A stretch of 64,000 nucleotides of DNA from Octopus vulgaris (Eukaryota): positions 26,536,001 to 26,600,000 of the forward strand of contig OX597836.1 of the NCBI GenBank assembly GCA_951406725.2, written 5' to 3'. A model generated the notes under the pieces. It was not told where the DNA came from. It saw only the letters and a program-made list of their open reading frames with translations, and ran no database searches. The translations under genes were made by a program, and so were the position numbers. The first letter of the stretch is position 1. Each line of letters begins with the position of its first letter. Shown in pieces: positions 12,120-24,811 of this stretch.

Positions 12120-12607
12120 AATGACATGCATAAGATCTGGTCATCAAATCTAAGTAGAGACTTCAAACTTGAAATCTTCAAAGCCACAGTCGAACCAATT
12201 CTACTATATGGCTCAGAAACCTGGACGTTATCAAAGAAGCTTGAGAGGCAGTTGGATGGAACCTACACTCGCCTCCTTATGAGAGCTCAAAATCTCTCGT
12301 GGAAGCGCCATCCAACCAAAATGCAAATATATGGGAAACTACCACCTGTGTCATCTCTTGTGAAAGGTAGGAGAGTCCAGTTTGCTGGACATTGTTGTAG
12401 AGGTGAAAAAGAAGTCATTTCTACTCTTCTCCTCTGGAAGCCATCTACTCGCAATACCAGAGGGCGCACACTCTCCTACCCTGATGTAATCTCCAGGGAT
12501 ACAGGCATCCAGCAACAGGACCTCCGTAATGCCATGATGGACCGTGAAGTCTGGCGTAGCATGGTAAATTCCATTGTCTCGACCACGGTCGAACAATGAT
12601 GATGATG
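12120..12607 (+). mobile_element. 5'-truncated RTE-clade LINE with open ORF end and TSD
   Basis: ORF ...KATVEPILLYGSETWTL...QFAGHCCR...DREVWRSMV; (GAT)n tail; 12-bp TSD ATGGCAGCCTGT (12108-12119 and 12608-12619). Confidence 0.9.
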
Positions 12608-12840
12608 ATGGCAGCCTGTTTTATTTAGAGGTAGGAAGAATTGGTGCAGTCAGGCTTTAAATCTTTTGATACCAACCCACCTGAGACTGCTCACAGTTCT
12701 GCAAGACAAACTGTTTTTAATTGAAATCCTCCATAGGAATTCTATGTTAATTTATGCTGTAAATAATCAGCTTAATAATGGGTTTCAAATGCTTGCATAT
12801 TGCACATACAAATCTGCACACGCTACAAATCTCTCCCAAG

Positions 12841-13211
12841 GAGGAGGGGCGGTGGAGGAGGAGGAAAAGAAGGGGAAAAAGGAGGGAGGGGAGGAGGAGG
12901 AGAAGAAGAAGAAGAAGAAGAAGAAGAAGAAGAAGAAGAAGAAGAAGAAGAAGAAGAAGAAGAAGGAGAAGAAGAAGGAAAAGAAGAAGAAGAAGGAAAA
13001 GAAGAAGGAAAAGAAGAAGAAGAAGAAGGAAAAGAAGAAAGAAAAGAAGAAGAAGAAGAAGAAGAAGAAAGAAAAGAAGAAGAAGGAAAAGGAGAAGAAG
13101 AAGGAGAAGAAGGAAAAGAAGAAGGAGAAGAAGAAGAAGAAGGAGAAGAAGAAGAAGAAGAAGAAGAAGAAGAAGGAAAAGAAGAAAGAGAAGAAGAAGA
13201 AGAAGAAGAAG
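12841..13211 (+). repeat. Purine tract dominated by (GAA)n
   Basis: About 370 bp almost entirely A/G; the source of the poly-K, poly-R and poly-E ORFs. Confidence 0.95.
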
Positions 13212-13254
13212 GCGGTGGTGGTGTAAACGTGAAGTGGTAGGGTGTCTGCCTTAC

Positions 13255-13371
13255 CGCATGTAGTATTTCACTTTCTTCTTCTCCACCATTAGATCACAGA
13301 TATAATTTATTTTGAGATATTTCAGCAGCTTGATGTCATGTCCTCGGATTTTGTCATGGCTGGGCCACTCA
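13255..13371 (-). CDS. MTMR14: MTMR14 exon 7
   Basis: EWPSHDKIRGHDIKLLKYLKINYICDLMVEKKKVKYYM (human DKVRGYDIKLLRYLSVKYICDLMVENKKVKFGM). Confidence 0.95.
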
Positions 13372-13983
13372 CTGTGTTGAGAAAGAAACATATCAAGATG
13401 GATAAATAGTGACCAGTGGTGGACAGGAAACTCACTACAAACAGAACAGCAAACCCCTTTGAGCAACACCTATTCTGCCCTTACTATAATGGCCCCTGTT
13501 TCTTTGAGCTCACTGGTTTTGTGCCATCTTCATTCTGGTACTCCCAGTATGTCATTCTTTCCTACTCTCATTACCCTTAATGTGACCATCCCTCCATAGT
13601 CTTCACATTAATCAATATCCCCAGGCCTTCCTCCACTGAATATCTGATCATATACGTACATACATATACATGTGCGTGTGTTTTGGAAATGTGACAAATA
13701 TATGGTACTGATGAGCAGAAAATACTGTGAAATATCAATATACAGTGGTGGACGAGCCAGGTTGCCAGCTTGCCCAATGGCAAGTGGGCCCCTGTGCCAT
13801 TAGAAACTATACATGGGGACCCATGGTAGTATCAAGTTTGAGAATTTTTTATTCACTCCTGGAAGAATGCATTAATTATTTCAGCCTGGCTGTGTTTGTA
13901 GACAGTTGAAAAGAATACTTTTAACAAAAAAAAAAAATTAAATGATAGCATTGTAGTTGTGGGTGGGTCCCCTTGTAGTTGTT

Positions 13984-14047
<64 letters not shown>

Positions 14048-14396
14048 TGGGAACTGCTCATATCCTACGCAAAATACTCTCTATATAATCCCAAGGTTTA
14101 AAACAAACTTTTTTTTTTTTTATGTATTAGACATTCACTAGTACAACACCAAAAAAAAAAACCAAAAAAAAACCCCAAATATATGGCACAGAACTTCCAA
14201 CCTGTTGTCTCTTGAGGTCTCTGGGTGAGACTTGGAGCCAACTTGTACAGACATAAAGCAAAAGTCAAACATAGAATAATAATAATAATATAATAATAGT
14301 AATAAAACACATCTATCAGTTCTCTGACCTTTCAAAGAGTCTAGGTATTTGAGGAAGTTGAAGTGGGATGGGGAAACAAATAACAGCAAAACTCAC

Positions 14397-14460
14397 CTCT
14401 GTCCATCTTTGCCTTGTTCCAAATTTGATATGTTAGAAGCTGTGGCTGAAGAATCTGAAC
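14397..14460 (-). CDS. MTMR14: MTMR14 exon 6 (variable linker)
   Basis: 64-nt exon with tag/gtgagt sites that joins phase 1 to phase 2 exactly; SDSSATASNISNLEQGKDGQ; weak homology. Confidence 0.75.
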
Positions 14461-16069
14461 CTATAAAGTGAAAATAGAAAAAAAACTAAGAGTTAGGATC
14501 ATAAGGGGAATTACATTAGTTCTTTTATGAAACCTCAATATATTATAACCGAGAGTACATGTGAAATACCAAGCAGTGGGGTATGTGGATTGGAATACTG
14601 AATGAGGGTACAACAGATTAACCTCAGCCATAATTTTATTTATCCCTTCAGCTTTTTGGAGATAATTCTATTTATCCCTTGATCCTTTTAAGGGTATTTA
14701 CCCCTCTCCTTTACTCCTTGTGTCTTTTAAAGGTATTCACTCCATACTTACTATTTGAATCTTATACGGGTATTTACTCTGCAGTAAGGCTTCTGGTAAG
14801 TTCAGATCTCCAGTTTAGAACCACAGCCCAATTATGTTGCCATAAAAGGCAAAGGCCAGCTATGAGAAATAAACTGTGTCACCATAAAAGGTATTAATGC
14901 CTACATGAACATGATCCAACCAATAAGATCAGTTGTTCTGTAACCAAATACTGGTAGACTTGAAATGAAGTTTTGTAAATTTTTCCACTAAATAGTTCTG
15001 TTGAAGGTTCTAGAAGTTTTAACTGAATGTTATAAAAAGTTTGGATATTGAACACTCGAATTAGAACAACCTCAGGTGCTACACGGAACTCAGACAGTTA
15101 TTTTTCTGGTGAGGTGCTTTCACTTTTACATATAAATCATTAAGATATTTCACTCAATGAAGACTTTTAACTATCACATTTACTTTCTCAAGTATACACA
15201 GTGTACCTAGCATATTTGTCAAGTTTTGTAATTTGCTTATTTCATAGGCACAGGTACAGGAATAAGGATCAAATAACTGAAAAAACTGCAAATTTCTATC
15301 TCACCAAAGCAGAAGCACAACCAACAGCAGAACGCATGAGATAGGATAACAATATCAACTGTGATCCTGTAGTGATGGAATCAATTGTGTGTGCCCGTTT
15401 ATTTTAATTGCAATATATAAAACAAAAGACAGACAAGTTCAAATAAAACTCATGCATGCCATGTGACTGGCAGATTTTAATTAATTAAACAAATGTACAG
15501 CATTTGTTATATATTCATTAGAAGTTCAACACTTGACAATATTTTCCAGTATACTAGTCAAGTTTTTCAGTCCAAAATTTACTTCCAAAAAAGGTAGGCT
15601 GACACCAAGATGACTTTGGAGAACCAAAAATTCCAAGTGAAATGCAACAGGACTTAGCAAGATAGTGATGTTTGATTGTTTACACAAGCACTTACTCTTT
15701 TGCTTGTTTCAGTCATGTGACTGTGGCCATGCTGGAGCACCACCTTTAGTCAAGCAAATTGACACCAGGACTTATTCTTTGTAAGCCTAGTACTTATTCT
15801 ATCGGTCTCTTCAACATTTAAATTTAATTTGTCAAAATATTTTCCTCACTTTGAAACCGTGACCTGTTCACTACTTCTCATGCAGCACAAAGTTTTGTCA
15901 GTGAACAGGTCGTGGTTTCAAAGTGACAAAAATATTTTGACACAAATTAAATTTAAATGTTGAAGTGAATCTAATGGCCTTTTGTGTGTTCTTAAATGGC
16001 TTATAAACACCACCTTCCATGCTGCAATTGTTTTTGTTTTGTTCCAAAGAAGTCAGTGAAAATACTTAC

Positions 16070-16142
16070 TCAAGAAGAAGTCAATTCCGACTCTTCCGAA
16101 CATTTCCATCCCAGTGGATAGGGTACCGGATCGACAGATTTG
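16070..16142 (-). CDS. MTMR14: MTMR14 exon 5
   Basis: QICRSGTLSTGMEMFGRVGIDFFL (human HICRSATLAGWGELYGRSGYNYFF); ttttag/gtaagt. Confidence 0.92.
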
Positions 16143-16673
16143 CTAAAACCAGAGAGAGAGAAAGAGTGAGAGTAGAATAGAAGGGTGTCATAATTTACAC
16201 AGCTGTCGTTAACACATCTGACACAATAAATTAGTCATAGTAACCATTGTTATCATAGTAGTAGTAGTGGGAGGGGCTGGCATCTTTTGTTGTAGCTTCA
16301 GGTTGACAGAAACGTTGCAGTGAATTTAGGTAGGTGAAGACTGCATCGAAGCCTGAAAAATGGAGTCGTAGTTTCTCTCTCTCTCACACACAGTGGCATA
16401 GTCACATTCACTTTCTCTCTTACACACATACAGTCACACAATCCTTCCCTCTCTCTCCCTCTAAAACACACACACACACAAACTAAAAGCCTCTTCAATG
16501 CAGAAGGAAACAATGTAAAAAAATAATCTAAATTAAAACACAAAAAAATAAAGAAAAATATATGTAAAATACAATAAAATAAATATTTTAAAGGGTAATT
16601 ACTGTGTAGATAGATGGCAAGACAGGGGAGATAGAGAGAGAGAGAGAGAGAGAGTGGCTAGGGAGTGGTTTAA

Positions 16674-16891
16674 CCCTTTAGTTACTGCATTTATTTCGAG
16701 ATGCTGTGTTTCTTTCAATTACTTTCAATATAACAAAGAATTTAGTAAAATAACTTAGTTATCATTCAGCTAGTGTTAGAAACATAAATTGTGACTAAGG
16801 TTTGGTGGAAGATTTTAATTCAAAACTTATGAAAATAAGACATTTGTACACAGAGCCAGAGGCAGTTTCAGGTGGGTTGGTAACGAAAGGG
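16674..16891. mobile_element. piggyBac-type MITE
   Basis: TTAA on both sides; TIRs CCCTTTAGTTAC / GTAACGAAAGGG. Confidence 0.75.
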
Positions 16892-17026
16892 TTAAGAGAG
16901 AGAGGGATGATGGTTAGAGAGAATGGGATCATAGTTAGAGAGAGAGAGAGAGGAAGTAGCAGTAGATTGGCAAGAGTATGAAAGGAGGACAAAGAAGATG
17001 AAAAGAAGAAAAGAAAGGAAACCTAC

Positions 17027-17135
17027 TTTGCCTTCAAAAAGAATGACGGGCACGACAAAGCGCCCTCGACATCTGGCTGATCGTGCTGCCCAAAAGAACT
17101 GTTTCAGCTTCCCGATATCCAATAAGTTCTCATAT
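17027..17135 (-). CDS. MTMR14: MTMR14 exon 4
   Basis: YENLLDIGKLKQFFWAARSARCRGRFVVPVILFEGK (human ARCRGRFVCPVILFKGK); phase fits. Confidence 0.95.
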
Positions 17136-17344
17136 CTGCAACAACAACAACAACAACAACAATTGTAATTTCTAAGGTTATAGAGACAAGACCCAGAAAT
17201 GTCAAGACAGTGAGGCCAAAGCCTGTTAGAGGAAACTTCTACACCTGTTTCTGAATCCTGAATGCATTTCAAGCTGTTTGGTTGTCATCAGCATCTGTGT
17301 ACCACAAGAGAGATAACCCTGAAATGACTTCAGGGTTTCCTTAA

Positions 17345-17569
17345 CCCATTAAGTCCCAGAGTACTGAAATTTCTGAATATTACTTTTAAAATTTTTACAG
17401 ATGATTGACAATAGGTTAAAAATGAAAAAAATAATTATCAAAACTCCTTTACTTCAAGTAGAAATGGAAATACTCGGTGTCCTACAAATAGGACACTGAG
17501 ACAATGTGATACAGCTTATTTATTGTTCTCATTTAGTGTCCTATTTATAGGACAGTGGGACTTAATGGG
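17345..17569. mobile_element. piggyBac-type MITE
   Basis: TTAA on both sides; perfect 14-bp TIRs CCCATTAAGTCCCA / TGGGACTTAATGGG. Confidence 0.8.
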
Positions 17570-19269
17570 TTAAAGTAAACCAGTGTCAAAAAATGAGCTG
17601 ATTACGTATGACATCAGCATAAAGTAAACAAAATAAATGTAGTAAGCATGCGAAAGCAATGTTGTGAGTAAAAGAGACGTTTAGACCAGTTAAAATACAT
17701 TCCAAACATATTTAAACTTATGTTTATTTACTCACAACACTGCTTTTGCATTCCTACAATATTAACGTTAACAGCTTTATGTTATGCCATTGCCCTAGTG
17801 GTTGCAGCTATTTACAAGGGAGATGATAATTTTTCCATAAAATGAGGAGAGAATAGAAATTTTAATTTGAAATTAGGGAATTACAAGGAAAAAAATGTTT
17901 AGAATTCACAGATTTTATAAAATATTTATTTATTTATTTACTTACTTATTTTGAAATTCTTAAAATTTCTAGTCAGTGGTAATCATGTATAGAACTATTT
18001 CATTCTTTTTCAAAATCCTCAGCATGATATAACTCGTGATTTATTAATTAAAAATGTTATGAAGTGAGACAGTTCACTAAAGATGAAACTTATTACAGAC
18101 TGGGGGAAATTCAAGGAATGTATTTTGCTTTCTTATTCTTTTTCCACTTTAATGAATTAGGAATCAAAAGAAGAGTAAGTTCTTAGGGTTTACAAACAGA
18201 AAAATAAAGCTGTTTCCAACAAATTCTACTGCGCAAAAATGTCTTATGGTAGTCAATAATTTCAGTTTTAGGTACAAATAATTTCACAAGTCATTTTCTG
18301 TCTTATATTAATTCAGCATTGGCATTAACATGCACAGATATAGGCATGACTGTGGTAAGAAGTTAGCTTCCCAACCACATGGTTCTAGATTCAGTCCTGC
18401 TGTGTGGCACCTTGTGCAAGTGTCTTCTACTATAGCCCCAGGCCAACCAAAGCTTTGTGATTGGATTTGGTAGACAGAAAGAGAAACAAGCCTACCATAT
18501 GTATCATCATCATCATCATCATCATCGTTTAACATCTGCTTTCCATGCTAGCATGGGCTGGATGATTTGACTGAGGACTGGCAAGCCAGATGGCTGCACC
18601 AGGCTCCAATCTTGATCTGGCAGAGTTTCTGGATGCCCTTCCTAACGCCAACCACTCCGAGAGTGTAGTGGGCGCTTTTACATGCCACCAGCACAAGTGC
18701 CAGTCAGTCAATGCTGGTAACGTACACGCTCATGTGTGTGTGTCTGTGTGTCTGTGTGTGAGTGTGTGCCTGTGTGTGAGTGTGCATCTGTGTGTGCGTG
18801 CATGTGTGTGAGTGTGTGTGTGTCTGTCTACGTGCATATTTCCTTTTCTTGACATTACATGATGGTTGTAAAATGAATGTCAAGGTCATCCAAGCCATGC
18901 CATTCGCTTCTAATAATCAACAAGAAGATGTTCTGGCCACGGGGAAATATTAACTTGCTTGGAAACAAATGAAGGTTAGCAACGGGAGGAGCACCCAGCC
19001 ATAGAAAATCTACCTCAAATATACTTTGTCCAACTCACGCAAGCATGTAAAAGCGGACATTAAAAAAGCAATCATGATGACACACATGAACTTAGAACTT
19101 CTTATTTGCCTCTACATTTCATGAATCTGTACATTTAGAAAGAGAGATGATATATATATATATATATAAATATAAAATTAGAAAATGGAGAAGTTGGGTA
19201 CCTATCTAGCAGTATATTGGATATATGTTATCCCATGGTGGGTTGAATTTTTCAACCCCTATCTCATTT

Positions 19270-19313
<44 letters not shown>

Positions 19314-19359
19314 TCTAGCTAGCTGTTGACGTTGTTGTTAAAAGTGAACCAAAACTTAC

Positions 19360-19478
19360 ACATCTGAGTCTTGGCCATTGGACAAATCTCTATTGCTGAC
19401 CATCTGCTTCTCATATTCCAACACGAACACCTTGTAAGGGTAATGGCAACACAACTCTCCATTCAAGTTGGGGATCAC
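19360..19478 (-). CDS. MTMR14: MTMR14 exon 3
   Basis: VIPNLNGELCCHYPYKVFVLEYEK... matches human VIPNTNGDICGHYPRHIVFLEYE; AG/GTAAGT sites. Confidence 0.92.
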
Positions 19479-19721
19479 CTAAAAAAAAAGGATCATAAAG
19501 TTGGAGAAAAAAAGCATAAAGGATGCCAGTTGCAACATTAACAACGATAACCATGCTCTCTACCAACTCTTCATGGTCATCTTTGTTCCCACATGTTCAT
19601 GTGGGAATTGACATTTTCAGTCAACAATGTTATCAACATGAAAGAACTGCTCAGTGAAGACGAAATTGAAATTCTTAGATACACGATACAGCAACAGATG
19701 ATGATTATGTATATGTGGGGG

Positions 19722-19760
<39 letters not shown>

Positions 19761-19788
19761 CACATTCATATACACATTCATATACATA

Positions 19789-19833
<45 letters not shown>

Positions 19834-19864
19834 TTATATATAAGTAAATAAATGGAGTTATTTC

Positions 19865-20014
19865 ACAGTCTTTCACAGTCGTCCGTGTAGAGGAGACCCT
19901 GAAATGTGAGATGGAGAGAATGGTAAAATTTTACAAAAACATTTGAGACAGATCTTGGAATTTACATATTTGAGAGTTTTAGGTTTATTTTGTAACACAA
20001 TGAAGAGAGTGGAA
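19865..20014 (-). pseudogene. Partial duplicate of MTMR14 exon 2 plus upstream intron
   Basis: 150 bp matching 20642-20791 with one visible mismatch. Confidence 0.9.
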
Positions 20015-20238
20015 TAAAACCAATGTTGTCTTCGAAACATATGTCGAAAGTAAAAGTATTTGAATAGCATTTGCATTCAACTCCATTTATTTACTTATAC
20101 TACACAAATTACTGCACATTAACCTTTGAATAGGTCGCTACATCCTTGTTTCTTGCATGAATTTTGTTACCCTGGTAACTGTTTATTGAATTTTCCATGT
20201 TAACAGTAAACAAAGGATAATTCATTCATCCATTTACA

Positions 20239-20315
<77 letters not shown>

Positions 20316-20618
20316 CCAGTGGAAATTAAATCAGCCCCCGCCCCACTACTTATGCTTTGACAAGACAGTTGACACATCTCACTTGTAATGTTTGCATCAT
20401 ATTTTCGCAGGAAACAAACAAAAAAATATATTTCTAATCCCCATAATCAGGATTAAATGAAATGTCTAGCAAGAACAAACAGAATTTTATTGCTAGAAAT
20501 GAAGTAAAAGAAAATCCAAAGCCTGAAATTTGATGAACCGTCAGAGCTTGGATTAATTATTGTTTAATGACTTCCAATTAATTAGTGAGAAATAGGTTGA
20601 CAGTTTTGAAAAACTTAC

Positions 20619-20675
20619 AGTATAGGCATAATCTTTATTAAACAGTCTTTCACAGTCGTCCGTGTAGAGGAGACC
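20619..20675 (-). CDS. MTMR14: MTMR14 exon 2
   Basis: tttcag/ GLLYTDDCERLFNKDYAYT /gtaagt; 57 nt; matches human RCLELFGRDYCFS. Confidence 0.88.
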
Positions 20676-21147
20676 CTGAAATGTGAGATAGAGAGAATGG
20701 TAAAATTTTACAAAAACATTTGAGACAGATCTTGGAATTTACATATTTGAGAGTTTTAGGTTTATTTTGTAACACAATGAAGAGAGTGGAACTGGAGATG
20801 TGTTATACAGAACAAGCACATATACACATGCGCACACACATTTATATAAAGTGAAAAAAAAACGTAAAATATCCCCTTCGGTCATGAATGATGATGGGAT
20901 TGCTCCTAGAAGGTTCCCCTCCAAGGCACACGTCTAAGCAAGGTTATTTGTGGAAGATCAGCAGTCACCCATGCATACCTGACTCCCCTCTCCACGTCAC
21001 CGATGCCATCCAAGGGAAAGGCTGTTACAGCTTAGCACCAGTGACGTAGCACAATCCAGGAATCGAACTCACAACCTCAAAATTGTAAGCCTGATACTCT
21101 AACCACTGAGCCATGTGCCTTCATTTAAAAAGATATATATACATCTT

Positions 21148-21515
21148 CATCATCATCATCGTTTAACGTCTGCTTTCCATGCTAGCATGGGTTGGACGAT
21201 TTTGACTGAGGGCTGGCAAACCAGATGGTTGCACCAGGCTCCAATCTTGATTTAGCAGAGTTTCTACAGCTGGATGCCCTTCCTAACGTCAACCACTCCG
21301 AGAGTGTAGTGGGTGCTTTTTACGTGCCACCGGCACGGGGGCCAGTCGGGCGGTACTGACAACGGCCTCGCTCGAATTCTTTTACACATGCCACCAGCAC
21401 GGGTGCCAGTAAGGCAACTTTAGTAACGATCACGCTCGAATGGTGCCCTTTTACGTGCCACTGGCACGGAAGCCAGTTGGCCGCTCTGGCAACGATCACA
21501 CTTGGATGGTGCTCC
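21148..21515 (-). mobile_element. (GAT)n-tailed RTE-related retroposon (family D), representative copy
   Basis: CATCATCGTTTAACGTC..CCATGCTAGCATGGGTTGG..GGATGCCCTTCCTAACG; internal tandem GGTGCTTTTTACGTGCCAC units; further copies near 18505, 24375, 31225, 33690, 46930, 47950, 49505, 59610 and 60257. Confidence 0.75.
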
Positions 21516-21552
21516 ACCCTCGGAAAATGATGTATAACATTTATAATTTATA

Positions 21553-21721
21553 CGCAGGAGTGGCTGTGTGGTAAGTAGCTTGCTAAGCAACCACATGGTT
21601 CCGGGTTCAGTCCCGCTGCATGGCATCTTGGGCAAGTGTCTTCTGCTATAGCCCCGGGCCGACCAATGCCTTGTGAGTGGATTTGGTAGACGGAAACTGA
21701 AAGAAGCCTGTCGTATATATG

Positions 21722-21756
<35 letters not shown>

Positions 21757-21974
21757 TTGTGTGTCTATGTTTGTCCCCCTAGCATTGCTTGACAACCGAT
21801 ACTGGTGTGTTTACGTCCCCGTCACTTAGCGGTTCAGCAAAAGAGACCATTAGAATAAGTACTGGGCTTACAAAGAATAAGTCCCGGGGTCGATTTGCTC
21901 GACTAAAGGTGGTGCTCCAGCATGGCCGCAGTCAAATGACTGAAACAAGTAAAAGAGTAAAGAGTAAAGAGTAA
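21553..21974 (+). mobile_element. SINE family A
   Basis: Highly similar to 6907-7312. Confidence 0.85.
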
Positions 21975-22249
21975 ATGCAGAACAGCACCAGCTGCAGTAT
22001 CTTGTTTCAGAGAAACTTTTTATACTTGTGTGCTAAGCACACATACACATCTTCTGTGTGTGTGTCATTTCAAATCCAAGCCAGCATAGAAAATGGTCAT
22101 AAAATGAGAACACATTCACATATAGATATCTACATCCATGTATATATATATACATAGATATATGATACATCTCCAGTGTATATAGCACACACATTTCAAC
22201 AGTCACACCCATTTATGCCATTGTTGGCATCAAATGAATTTCTATACTT

Positions 22250-22430
22250 TGTGTATGTATGTATGTATATGTAGTATGTATATGTGTGTATGTATATGTG
22301 TGTATGTATATGTGTGTGTGTATGTATGTGTACGTGTGTGTGTGTGTACGTGTGTGTGTGCATATATGTGTGTGTGTGTGTATGTGTGTGTGTGTGTGTA
22401 TGTGTGTGTGTGTGTGGCATGTGTGTGTGA
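22250..22430 (+). repeat. (TG/TA)n compound microsatellite
   Basis: Read directly. Confidence 0.9.
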
Positions 22431-23853
22431 GAGAAAATGAAATTATTCTTTTTTGGTTGAAATTGAATCTCAAAGCACATAAGTACTGTAAATAACCCTT
22501 TCTACTCTAGTCACAAGGCCAGAAATTTGGGAGAGGGGGATAGTCGATTACATTAACCCCTGTACTCAACTGGTACTTATTTTATTGACCTCGAAAGGAT
22601 AAAAGGCAAAGTCAACCCTGGTGGCATTTGAACTCAGAGAAGATATGGCAGTGTTAGGGGTGTAACAGATTTGGTGAGTTACAATGATTGAGTTTTGTGT
22701 CTTGAAATTCTTCACTCAAATCATACAGAACTTCATTTTGCTCTTTGTTTTCTCAGAGTCTATAAAAATATCTGCAACTCAATTCAATTGACCAAATTCT
22801 TCCCTAACAAAACTGTTGAACTTTGCCAAAGTCAGAAGCCATTATTATTTTTAAGATGAAGAAGTGACAGATAGATTTGATGATTTATAGTGTTAGGGTT
22901 TTGATCCTTTTTTACGTAGGAGCAGGCTTGGCTGCTGTGTAGTAAGAAGTTTTGTTTCTCAAACACCAAGGTACCACAGAGTGGGATTGAACACAGAACC
23001 ATATGATCGGGAAGCAAATGTCTTATCACCCAGCCATGCCGGCAGCCCTCCACCACCACCACCACCACAAACACGCAGCCATCCCTGCACCTATCAAGGT
23101 AGATAATTATCTATCATCCATTAACAGTAATGAACCAAGTTTAATTCAGTCTAAAAACCTTCCTTTAGTCACATGACTGAAATAAAGAAGTCGGTAGCAG
23201 AATAATGAACGAAAAAAGAAATAAGGAGTGCTTCGAACAAAGCAGAAATTATATTTTTTAATCTTTATATTTTAGGCACAAAAACCTATCTTCAGACGAA
23301 TACTGTCAAAAAAATGAAGATGGGCCTTTGCGTCCAAAATATAAAGGATTTAAAAAACTTTCTGTATTGTTAGAAGCTTTCTTTATTTCTCATCTCATTC
23401 TATATCTGTACTACAATGTTTCAAGTGAACTAGAACACTCTTCTTCCATCGTGCCTGAGCAAACAATTCAGCGTTATAGTGAACCGCATAAGGAATAACA
23501 TTACAAGTAGCCACGTCATCACCAGAGTCTCAGCCAGTCACTAAAGAATTAAGAGTCTACTTCCTATTACAAACACAGCTCTGTCTCTCTGGAGAGGGCA
23601 ATTAATTCTCAATGGAACAGTCCAGAAAATATGTGCATAATTGAAGAGAGAAATAGATATTTAGTTAGTGTTTCAGACAAGCTAAGTTCAACTCCTCATC
23701 TAGGTCAAAGTCTGTGGTGCGTTAGTTAACTACACATAGGAGAGCTATATCGCACAATCGTTTTAGGTCTTGACAATTAAGATAACCTTTAAACTACAAT
23801 GACGCTAATGCATTCATTAACTGTTAACATGATAAATAATAAATAATAATAAC

Positions 23854-23909
<56 letters not shown>

Positions 23910-23910
<1 letters not shown>

Positions 23911-24520
23911 GGTTTCAGATTTTGCTACAAAGACAGTAATTTTAGGGGAGGGGACGAGTTGATTACATCAACCCCAGTGCTCAACTGGTACTTATTTTAT
24001 CAACCCCGAAAGGATGAAAGGCAAAGTCAATCTTGGCAGAATTTGAACTCAGAACATAGCGACAGACAAAATACTGCTAAGCATTATCCCTGAGCATGCT
24101 AACAATTCTGCCAGCTCACCACCCAAATTATAATAATAATAATAATAATAATCCTTTCTACTATAGGCACAAGGACTGAAATTTGTGGGAGGGGGATAAT
24201 CGATTACATCGACCCCACTGCATAACTGGTACTTAATTTATTAACCCTGAAACGATGAAAGACAAAGTCGACCTCAGTGATATTTGAACTCAACGTAGTG
24301 ACAGACATAATACCACTAAGCATTTAGTCCAGCGTGCTAACGACTCTGCCAGCTCACTGCCTTATAATAATAATCATCATCATCATCATCATCGTTTAGC
24401 GTCCGTTTTCCATGCTAGCATGGGTTGGACGGTTCTACTGGGGTCTGTGAAGCCAGAAGGCTTCATCAGGCCCAGTCAAATCTGGCAGTGTTTCTACGGC
24501 TGGATGCCCTTCCTAACACC

Positions 24521-24565
<45 letters not shown>

Positions 24566-24777
24566 CCTTTCTAGTATAGGCACAAGGCCTGAAATTTTGG
24601 GGAGGGGACTAAGTCGATTACATCAACCCCAGTGTTCAACTGATACTTTATTTATCGACCCTGAAAGGATGAAAGGCAAAGCCAACCTCATCGGAATTTG
24701 AACTCAGAATGTAGTGGCAGACGAAATACTGTTAAGCATTTCACCCAGCATACTAACGAATCTGCCAACTCGCCACC

Positions 24778-24811
<34 letters not shown>

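Noticed and set aside
12666-13263. Poly-K, poly-R and poly-E ORFs of 146-186 aa
   Set aside because: All three frames are open only because of the (GAA)n tract; intronic and antisense to MTMR14
21310-21515. Regularly spaced GGTGCTTTTTACGTGCCAC repeats resembling a CRISPR array
   Set aside because: Degenerate internal tandem units of a dispersed eukaryotic retroposon; the spacers resemble each other and there are no cas genes
22196-22495. His/Thr- and Val/Cys-rich ORFs (also near 31737-32268, 34739-35311 and 56824-57281)
   Set aside because: Dinucleotide and tetranucleotide microsatellite artefacts
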